From contig CM059433.1 in the NCBI GenBank assembly GCA_030390025.1, positions 25,918,001 to 25,982,000 on the forward strand: a stretch of 64,000 bases of DNA, in the 5' to 3' direction. Made by a program: the position numbers and the translations under genes. Below, piece after piece: positions 50,765 to 59,192 of this stretch (position 1 is its first letter; the number at the start of each line of letters is the position of its first letter). This DNA is from Squalus acanthias (taxonomy: Eukaryota). The notes under the pieces were generated by a model that was not told the DNA's origin, did not search any database, and saw only the letters and a list, made by a program, of their open reading frames with translations.

Positions 50765-53596
50765 AAAAAACTGAGGTTTCAATTCCGCACAGACTCTGCA
50801 GTCCGAGCACATCTTCTTTACATCCCCGGTAGAGAATGGGAGATTTCGGGACCGCACGAAGTGTAGCATGCGAGTAACGCCCGGATGACACAACCCATCA
50901 TGGATGTCTACGAGCGTAGAGGGTGCCATGGCGGAGCAGTATGCTCGTGTGAGGGTATCCGGAGCCACATTCTCCTTGCCAGGTCGATAGTGGATGGTGT
51001 AACCAAAAGAGGCCAAGTCCAGCCGCCAAAGCTGGATTTTATTATTTTTAATTTTGGTCCGTTTTCGATTATCGAGCATGAAGGCGACCGATCGCTGGTC
51101 CGTAATTAAGGTAAAGTGCTGGCGAGCTAGGAGATGAGTCCACTTCCGTACTGCCTCTATGATGGCTGTAGCTTCTTTCTCGACTGGAGGATAATGTAGC
51201 TCAGCCCCTTGAAAAGTCCTGGACAAAAATGCCACCGGACGACCTTCCTGATTCAGAGTGGCCGAGATCGCCACCTCCGAGGCATCACACTCAACAACAA
51301 AAGGAAGACTCTCATCGATGGAGTGAAGAGCCGCTTTCTCCAACTGTTTTTTCAGGAGGTTAAAGGCTGCAACAGCCGCTGTGTCTAGTGGGAATGTGCT
51401 GGCCTTCAGTAGAGGTTGGATTCGGTCCGAGAAGTTAGGAATCCATTTAGCATAGTATGCAAACAGGCCGAGGGCCCGGCGCAAGGAGGCCGGATTCTTA
51501 GGTGGCGGGAGTTCTTGGAGTGGGCGAAGCCTTTCAGGGTCAGGTTTAATGATGCCATTGCCCACACAATAGCCAAGGATGTTGATGGTTGGTTGTGACT
51601 CAATGGATTTAGCCGCATTTAATGTCAAATTACGGTGCTGGAGTGCATCCCAAAATCGTTGGAGATTGGCGTCATGTTCCCGCTGATTGCGACCTGCGAC
51701 AGTAATATTGTCCAGATAAGGAAACGTATCCTTTAAGTCTTCCTGTTTGACCAGGTCATCCATTGCTCGCTGGAAGACAGCCACTCCATTAGTGACCCCA
51801 AAGGGGAGGCGACGAAATTGATACAGCCGTCCATTGGCTTCAAAGGCCGTATACTGCTTGTCTGAGATCTTCAAGGGTACCTGATGATAGGCACTTTTCA
51901 GATCATATGTTGAGAACACCGTGTACTCAGCCAGTTTATTAACCATATCATCGATGGGCGGCAATGGGTATGCGTCCAAGTCCGTATATTGATTGATGGT
52001 CTGTGAATAGTCAATGCACAGCCGTTTCTTGTGAGGTTGTAGAGGGTTCTTAACAATAACGACCTGGGCGCGCCATGGCGACGAACAAGGCTCGATGATA
52101 TCCTCTGCTAAAAGCCGAGAAATCTCAGCCGCAATAAAAGACTGGTCTTCCTGACTGAAACGTCGTGACTTTGTTATAATCGGTTTGCATCGAGGAGGGA
52201 TACTGGTAAACAGTGAGGGTTCATCCAGTGAAGCTGCTGACAATGCACAGAACGGTAATCGAGGTCGTATATTAGAAATAGTGAGTTCAGGTTTGGATCC
52301 GCCGAACTCAATGGTGAGCTTCTTATGCTGCTTTTGAAAATCCAGCCCTAAGATAAGATCACTACATAAGTCCTTGAGCACCGAAAGCCGGGTGGAGGGA
52401 TACCTGTGACCATTAAGTGTTATTTCAACCATACAAAAGCCAGAAATTCTGGTATTAAGTGATGACTGAGCCATCGCAATTGCCTGGTCCGATGGGAAAA
52501 CATGTAGCTTTAACTCTGCAACAATCTGTTCCCTAATGAAACTATCAGTGCTACCTGAGTCAATTAAGGCATCTAAAGTATGTCCATTAATTGATGCTTT
52601 TGTAGCTGCATGGAATAGGTTCTGAGGACAAGCAGCTGTAATTGGTGTCGTTGCACAAAGAGTGGCTGAAACTCTAGGTGTGTTTCTTCGAGAGAAAACC
52701 CGAGAGGAAGCACGATAGATTTTAGCCGGAACATCTTGATAGGCCCTTACCGGGGCAGTTCGGTAGGACTTAGCTTGATAAGCCCTCGTAGAGGCTCTTG
52801 ATAGGCAAACCTTTGCAAAATGACCCTTTTTGTTGCAATGACTGCAAAACGCATTGCGAGCAGGGCAGAATTTCCGAGGGTGAAACTCATCACCACAAAA
52901 GAAGCATTTCTTAGATTGCCAAGAGGCTGCCACAGTGGGGTCATCATCCTCTTCATCAGTGAAGTCATCAGATTGATCGTCAGGGATAAAGTCCTCCCTA
53001 ATAGAGTTCACCTGTGGCCTCTTAAATTGCCTGACTGTAGTTAAGGCAGCAGACCGAGGTCTGGGCACTGTATAAAGGTCTGCATTTCTTTTTGCCAGAT
53101 CTAGAGAGCAAGCCATGTCATAAGCTCTCTGAAGCTCAAGTGTCTTACTTTCCAGTAGACGCTGGCGTATAAATGGGGAGGCAAGCCCGCAGATGAAAGC
53201 ATCACGGATCATTTCTTCACGGTACAGCTCAGCTGAGGCCGCCTGAAAGTTACAGTCCATACTAAGTCTGCGAAGCTCTTGGAGGAATTTATCAATGGAT
53301 TCCACCGGCCCTTGTTGGGCTGTAGCTAGTAGATGTCTGGCATAGACCTCATTCGGTGTCTTAGTATATAGTCTTTTAAGCGTCCGAATTGCCTTCTCGT
53401 AACTGCCCCATTCCTCGACATACTGAAATACATTCGGGGTGACACAGTTGATGAGTATCCGCAATTTTGAGTCATCATCAGCCTTGCAATATTCGAGAAA
53501 ATTGTCAAACGTGCGATACCAGTGTTTCCACACCTTACCGGCTGCTGGGGTGTTTGGGTCCAAGTCAAGACGCGATGGTTTAAGGATGTTTTCCAT
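50711..53596 (-). CDS. Gypsy Gag-Pol polyprotein (Gag, 2 CCHC knuckles, protease, RT, RNase H, integrase HHCC)
   Basis: CFFCGDEFHPRKFC and CSHCNKKGHFAKVC; LIDSGS; RLCIDY, DLKSAYHQV, LPFG, YLDN; VECDAS, EKEATAI, TDQ; H-X4-H...C-X2-C. Confidence 0.96.
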   Translation of the reverse strand: MENILKPSRLDLDPNTPAAGKVWKHWYRTFDNFLEYCKADDDSKLRILINCVTPNVFQYVEEWGSYEKAIRTLKRLYTKTPNEVYARHLLATAQQGPVESIDKFLQELRRLSMDCNFQAASAELYREEMIRDAFICGLASPFIRQRLLESKTLELQRAYDMACSLDLAKRNADLYTVPRPRSAALTTVRQFKRPQVNSIREDFIPDDQSDDFTDEEDDDPTVAASWQSKKCFFCGDEFHPRKFCPARNAFCSHCNKKGHFAKVCLSRASTRAYQAKSYRTAPVRAYQDVPAKIYRASSRVFSRRNTPRVSATLCATTPITAACPQNLFHAATKASINGHTLDALIDSGSTDSFIREQIVAELKLHVFPSDQAIAMAQSSLNTRISGFCMVEITLNGHRYPSTRLSVLKDLCSDLILGLDFQKQHKKLTIEFGGSKPELTISNIRPRLPFCALSAASLDEPSLFTSIPPRCKPIITKSRRFSQEDQSFIAAEISRLLAEDIIEPCSSPWRAQVVIVKNPLQPHKKRLCIDYSQTINQYTDLDAYPLPPIDDMVNKLAEYTVFSTYDLKSAYHQVPLKISDKQYTAFEANGRLYQFRRLPFGVTNGVAVFQRAMDDLVKQEDLKDTFPYLDNITVAGRNQREHDANLQRFWDALQHRNLTLNAAKSIESQPTINILGYCVGNGIIKPDPERLRPLQELPPPKNPASLRRALGLFAYYAKWIPNFSDRIQPLLKASTFPLDTAAVAAFNLLKKQLEKAALHSIDESLPFVVECDASEVAISATLNQEGRPVAFLSRTFQGAELHYPPVEKEATAIIEAVRKWTHLLARQHFTLITDQRSVAFMLDNRKRTKIKNNKIQLWRLDLASFGYTIHYRPGKENVAPDTLTRAYCSAMAPSTLVDIHDGLCHPGVTRMLHFVRSRNLPFSTGDVKKMCSDCRVCAELKPQFFPPLGWYTHTCDPANATA

Positions 53597-53662
53597 GATG
53601 GGTGATTCCCTGGATCCTTAGTTCCGAGTTCGTCCAAAAAGTTTGAGTGCGAAGTTTTTCAA

Positions 53663-53673
53663 AGTTGATTAAA
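53663..53673 (-). other. Primer-binding-site position, non-tRNA type (TTTAATCAACT on minus strand)
   Basis: Lies 1 nt from the 5' LTR, does not start with TGG, and is a perfect inverted repeat of 53718-53728 in the LTR. Confidence 0.7.
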
Positions 53674-53674
53674 T

Positions 53675-53868
53675 TGTCGTAAGAATGAGCCTTACGCGTG
53701 GTGAACTTAAAGTAAGCTTTAATCAACTAAAAAGGTGCTACATACAAAAGAGGTCTTACTCTATGCCTCTCTAGGATCCAACTGATCAGCCCAGTATTTA
53801 TCCTGGACTAATCACAGGAAGTGATGTAATAAAGTTCAAGTCACAGGAAGCTGTATTGTGTTACCACA
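53675..53868 (-). repeat. 5' LTR (194 bp)
   Basis: Minus strand TGTGGTAA...TTACGACA with an imperfect 8-bp terminal IR. Contains GATAAATA, ATTAAA and two CTTCCTGTGA (ETS-like) motifs. Confidence 0.95.
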
Positions 53869-54568
53869 GACAGGACAGACTGTTATTGATTAGACTGCTT
53901 GTATAGACAGGACAGACTGCTATTGATTAGTCTGCTTATATAGGCAGGACAGACTGTTATTGATTCGTCAGCTTAAATAGACAGGACAGACTGTTATTGA
54001 TTAGACTGCTTATATAGACAGGACGGACTGTTATTGATTAGACTGCTTATATAGACAGGTCAGAGTGCTATTGATTAGTCTTATATAGACAGGACAGACT
54101 GCCATTGATTAGCCTGCTTTTCGACAGGACAGACTGCTATTGATTAGTCTGCTTATCTAGACAGGACAGACTGCCATTGATTAGTCTGCTTATCTAGACA
54201 GGACAGACTGCCATTGATTACTCTGCTTATATAGACAGGTCAGAGTGCTATTGATTAGTCTTATATAGACAGGACAGACTGCTATTCATTAGTCTGCTTA
54301 TATCGACAGGACAGACTGCCAATGATTAGTCTGCTTATATAGACAGGACAGACTGCCATTGATTAGTCTTATATAGACAGGACAGACTGCCAATGATTAG
54401 TCTGCTTATATAGACACGTCAGAGTGCTATTGATTAGTCTTATATAGACAGGACAGACTGCCATTGATTAGTCTGCTTATATAGACAGGACAGACTGCTA
54501 TTGATTAGTTTGCTTATTTAGACAGGACTGACTGCTATTGATTAGGATGCTTATACAGATAGGACAAA
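53869..54568 (+). repeat. Right-hand remainder of the 37-bp satellite (about 19 units)
   Basis: Same monomer, in phase with the array before the Gypsy insertion. Degenerates at the edge. Confidence 0.97.
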
Positions 54569-54964
54569 TTTTTCGACAATCAGTTACGTCTGGTCTCTAT
54601 AAGACCCAAACAGATGATGAAATATTCGTCGTTCCTAAAATAATAAAAATGACAGGCCATTCCCCACAGGAAGAGAATTAAACTATAGTCCTAATAATGT
54701 TGCTTTAATAAGGCTGTTTCGCTTGTTGGGATGAACCTGCCGCACTGTTAACAGCTTTCCCCTTGCTTTTATTTGCTGGAGGGCAAGTAAAGGAGCAAGA
54801 AGATTATTAATCTCCTTGACCATCAACACCCCACAGGTGGGTCGGCTGCAGAGTTGCATGGAACGAGTATTCTGCTGAAAGCTGCAGGTTAACAGGAGAC
54901 GAGCCACAATTGGTCCAGCTATATTATGAGTGCGTGTTAGCATTTCTTCCACAAGCCAGCTTTA

Positions 54965-55700
54965 GGGTTAAAAATTGGGTTGCTTTGCGTCTCCCGTTAG
55001 CGCCCTAAGAGGGCGCTAACGGGGTGCAAAGCAACCAGCGCCCGGGAGCAGCGCCGCCCACGCCTCCTGCAAACTTCAGTGGGAGGTTAGCGGTGGCGCT
55101 AACCGGTAGTCGCCCCGCGGTGCTGCGCCGCCGGTCTTGACATCATAGCCGTGCGCAGCGCCCCGTTCGCGCCCTGGCCACGATCTTCGGGAGCGTCTCC
55201 TGACTTACCGCCGGACGCTATGTCTGACTGGGTCAGGGGGGCCTACCTGCGGCCGGGGAGGCGCAATTTAAAGGCGAGGTGCGGGGCGGCCATTTTTGTT
55301 GCTGGCCGCCTGCCAGCAGCTGCCTGCGCTCCCGTCCCCGGCCTCCTGAATGGCCCCCCCCCCCCCCCCCACGGAGTGCCGACTGCGCTCCAAGAGCCCG
55401 GCACTTCTCTCGAGTGCCGGGCTCTTTTACCGGCACTCCCAATCCTCGGGGGCCCAGCTGGGCCCCGGGTCGCGCTGTGCAAGGCCCCTCCCCTTTAAGA
55501 AGGGGAGGAAGAGATGCAATACCTTGGCACATAGCGCCGCAATATTGACTCACAGTGCCCCAAGAGGGATGCGGGGCGCTTCCAGTAGCGCCCCGCTTCC
55601 CTCTTGGGGCGCAACCACTCAAGTTCCGGTGCGGGGTCTCTAATTTTTAGCGCCCCAGCGAAGTTAGCGCCCAAGTGGGGTGCTGCTCAATTTTTAGCCC
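54965..55700. mobile_element. Harbinger-type MITE
   Basis: TIR GGGTTAAAAATTG / CAATTTTTAGCCC. TSD TTA at 54962-54964 and 55701-55703. Related to 3424-4316. Confidence 0.85.
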
Positions 55701-55912
55701 TTACAGTTTCTCTGAATGAAATTGCGAGTTTCATAACAATTCAGACTGAATGCTGTGCCAAATAAGAAATGGGTCGAACTTGCCCAAACACATTTCAGAG
55801 AGGCAGTTGTCACCTATTTCTGTGCTGGATTTACACTTCCTTGGTAACTTACACCACCAGTTTATTTCCCTTCATGTAAAAATGTTCTGTGTCAGACAGG
55901 AGACGTGACTAT

Positions 55913-56262
55913 GGGGGGAATTTTAATGAACTGACACGCGGTAGTTTGCAAGGACAGAGGAGTCAAGGGTTGGTTTTTTGAGGAGAGGGGTGATGACGGC
56001 AGATTTGAGGGAGAGAGGGAACCCCGGCCGGCCACAGTTATACCTGCACAGCAGGTTAAATATGAGGTTTCCAGCCTCCTTAACATATTAAAAGTGCCAA
56101 CCCGCCTCCTGGGAGCGGATTGGCTACCAGTCCCCCGTCCCGCCTCCGTTAAAACCAGAAGTGGGCGGGTTGGAGGCGGGAATGGGCGGGGTTCAGATTT
56201 TTAACACTTTAACCTCCCACCCGACCCAAACCCGCTTATTTTTTGAGATTAAAATTCCCTCC
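55913..56262. mobile_element. MITE with captured L2 segment
   Basis: TIR GGGGGGAATTTTAAT / ATTAAAATTCCCTCC (14/15 match). Confidence 0.65.
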
Positions 56263-56294
56263 ATGTCTCACATCGGGTGTGATGATTGCCCGAT

Positions 56295-57880
56295 GATAAC
56301 AACAACAACAATGTGTATTTGTATAGCGCCTTTATCGTAGTAAAACATCCCAAGGCGCTTCACAGGAGTGTTTTCAGACAAAAAATTGACACCGAGACAC
56401 ATAAGAAATTAGGGCAGATGACCAAAAGCTTGGTCAAGCAGGTAGGTTTTAAGAAGGGTCTTAAAGGAGGAAAGAGAGGTTGAGAGGCGGAGAGGTTTAG
56501 GGAGGGAATTCCAGAGCTTAGGGCCTAGGCAGCTGAAGACACAGCCACCAATGGTTGAGCGATTATAATCAGGGATGCTCAAGAGGTCAGAATTTGAGGA
56601 GCGCAGATATCTCAGGGGGTTGTGGGGCTGAAGGATATTACAGAGATAGAGAGGGGTGAGGCCATGGAGGGATTTGAAAACAAGGATGAGAATTTTGAAA
56701 TCGAGGTGTTGCTTAACTGGGAGCCAATGTAGGTCAGCGAGCACAGGGGTGATGGGTGAACGGAACTTGGTGCGAGTTAGGTCACGGGCAGCCGAGTTTT
56801 GGATGACCTCAAGGTTACATAGGGTAGAATGTGGGAGGCCAGCCAGGAGTGTGTTGGAATAGTCAAGTCTAAAGGTAACAAAGGCATGGTTGAGGGTTTC
56901 AGCAGCAGATGAGCTGAGGCAGGGGCGAAGACGGGCGATGTTACAGGAGGTGGAAATAGGCGGTCTTAGTTATACCACAGGTATGTGGTCGGAAGCTCAT
57001 TTCAGGGTCAAATATGACACTAATATTGCGAACAGTCTGGTTCAGCCTCAGATAGATGCTAGGGAGAGGGATGGAGTTGGTGGCCATGGAACGGAGTTTG
57101 TGGCGGGGACCGAAAACAATGACTTCAGTCTTCCCAATATTTAATTGGAGAAAATTTCTGCTCATCCAGTACTGGACTGTCGGACAAGCAGTGTGCCAAT
57201 TTAGAGCCAGTGGAGAGGCCAAGAATAGTGGTGCTGAGGTAGAGCTGGGTGTCGTCAGCATATATGTGGAAACTGACGCCATGTTTTCGGATGATGTCAC
57301 CAAGGGGCAGCATGTAGATGATAAATAGGAGGGGACCAAGGATAGATCCTTGGGGGACACCAGAGGTAACGATGCGGGAGTGGGAAGAGAAGCCATTGCA
57401 GGTGATTCTCTGGCTACGATTAGATAGATAAGAATGGAACCAGGTAAGTGCAGTCCCACCCAGTTGGACGACGGTGGAGAGGCGTTCGAGGAGGATAGAG
57501 TGGTCAACCGTGTCAAAGGCTGCAGACAGGTCGAGAAGGACGAGGAGGGATAGCTTACCTTTGTCACAGTTACAAAGGATGTCATTTGTGACTTTGATGA
57601 GAGCCGTTTCAGTCCTGTGGCAGGAGCAGAAACCTGATTGGAGGGATTCAAACATGGAGTTGCGGGAAAGATGGGCACGGATTTGGGAGGCGACAACACG
57701 TTCAAGGACTTTGGAGAGGAAAGGAAGGTTGGAGATGGGGTGGTAGTTTGCAAGGACGGAGGGGTCAAGGGTTGGTTTTTTGAGGAGAGGGGTGATGACG
57801 GCAGATTTGAGGGAGAGGGGGACAGTACTTGAGGAGGGGGAACCATTAACAATGTCAGCTAACATGGGGGCCAGAAAAGG
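56295..57880 (-). mobile_element. L2 LINE, 5'-truncated, RT with frameshifts
   Basis: NYHPISNLPFLSKVLE, QSGF, HRTETAL, LLDLSAAFDTVDH, SGVPQGSILGP, YADDTQLY, LHWLPVKQ. (TTG)n tail. Confidence 0.93.
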
Positions 57881-58094
57881 AAAGTAAACTCACATGTTGT
57901 CTGCAGGAAGCTGCTCAAACGGAGCAGAAATCGGAGATAGGGCGGAATCTCTGCCGTGCCGATTCTCCAGCTCATGCTTCCTTGGAGCACAGTTAGCCAG
58001 TAGGAGCATAGGATCAGTGAATTACCCTGTAGCCTTGCTTAATAATTGCATAGAAATTCACATAGCCTGATAGTCTCAAGCTATTGAAATATTA

Positions 58095-58404
58095 CTGTAA
58101 TTGTCCTATCCCCACCGACACCTGGGAATCCCTGGCCCAAGACCGCACAAAGTGGAGGAGAAGCATCCGGGAAGGCGCCGAACAGCTCGAGTCTCTTCGC
58201 CGGGAGCAAGCGGAAGCCAAGCGCAGGCAGCGCAAGGAGCGCACGTCAACCCAAGAACCCCACCCACCCGCCCCTTCAACCACCGTCTGCCCCACCTGTG
58301 ACAGAGACTGTAGGTCCCGCATTGGACTCATCAGTCACCTGCAAACTCATTTTTAATGTGGAAGCAAGTCATCCTCGGTTCCGAGGGACTGCCTAAGAGA
58401 GGGG
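58095..58404 (+). mobile_element. RTE (BovB-like) LINE 3' end
   Basis: WESLAQDRTKWRRSI...CPTCDRDCRSRIGLISHLQTH C-terminal zinc finger. 12-bp TSD ATTGAAATATTA at 58083-58094 and 58405-58416. Confidence 0.88.
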
Positions 58405-58763
58405 ATTGAAATATTAGTTGAGTTACTCAGGCCTTGCAGCCCATTGGCTAGTCTTTATAGTTTAAGAAATGTTTTGTTATATTGAATTTCAACTTCTGGA
58501 CAGCAGCGCGGCTTTCTTTATTAAATGACTTGAAACTTAGATCTCCACATCGAAACATCAGTATTTTGCTTGGCGGGATTTTAAAGTGTAATGAGGAAGA
58601 GAAATAAGAATGAATATGCTGGTGAGGATCTGACCGAATTTGACTGGTAGCTCCCTCAATGAATTCTAAATACTATCGTCTTTTTTTTCTTTTCCAGTTG
58701 GTAATAATATCAGTTAGCTGAAGGGATGTCAAAAATGATTGAAATATTCTTGTTCTTTTTCAG

Positions 58764-58987
58764 GCAAATTCCGAGAAGAGTTTAAAACTGCGTTCTCTTG
58801 TTTTTTGCGGACGGATCGTCAGAATGAAGAGCGGCTCAGCAGAGGCCGAACGAGCACCGAGAGCCGCAAGTCCTTGAGTACACAAATCTGCCACTTTGAT
58901 AATGTTTGCAAAACTTCAGAGCATGTAGTGCTCACAAATATAACTACATCACAGACCAGTAGTCTTACTGCGAACAACATCTGGTGA
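58764..58987 (+). CDS. HCRTR2: Orexin/hypocretin receptor type 2, last coding exon (C-terminal tail)
   Basis: Acceptor 'tgttctttttcag|gc' in phase 1. Translation GKFREEFKTAFSC...RLSRGRTSTESRKSLSTQICHFDNVCKTSEHVVLT...W* matches the vertebrate OX2R tail (GKFREEFKAAFSC...RGRTSTESRKSLTTQI). Confidence 0.93.
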
Positions 58988-59134
58988 CAGTGACAATGTT
59001 TGCAGTATTCATCTCAACATTGGCCTGACCTTTATTACTTTAAAATGCTGTTACTAGGATACCACAATGAATGTCAAGAGTGAAGGCAATTTGTGTAGCA
59101 ATAGGTGACTATTTTTGGACTTGTAAATTGCATC

Positions 59135-59140
59135 ATTAAA
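59135..59140 (+). terminator. Possible polyadenylation signal ATTAAA for HCRTR2
   Basis: About 150 nt after the stop codon, followed by a T/GT-rich tract at 59170-59190. Motif evidence only. Confidence 0.3.
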
Positions 59141-59192
59141 ACTGCCATCTCACTGGCAGAGAATGACACTTCTCTCTTGTATTTTGTATTAT

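Larger units (their letters stand above)
47715..53868 (-). mobile_element. Full-length Ty3/Gypsy LTR retrotransposon (two-knuckle Gag, Mag-like organisation)
   Basis: TG...CA LTRs at both ends. 5-bp TSD GACAG (47710-47714 / 53869-53873). Single gag-pol with PR-RT-RH-IN order. PPT present. Confidence 0.97.

Noticed and set aside
50750..50780. Programmed ribosomal frameshift in pol
   Set aside because: The break lies inside integrase between HHCC and the core, not at the gag/pol boundary. A simple homopolymer indel explains it.
18925..54568. CRISPR array (37-bp repeat with internal palindrome)
   Set aside because: Repeats are head-to-tail with no unique spacers, there are no cas genes, and the context is vertebrate.
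54965..55700. CpG island or promoter with several GC-rich ORFs
   Set aside because: Bounded by TIRs and a TTA TSD, so it is a MITE. The overlapping ORFs reflect GC content.
58440..58465. HWLV peptide as candidate HCRTR2 penultimate exon
   Set aside because: Followed by FIV-stop rather than YANSAANP; no matching upstream residues.
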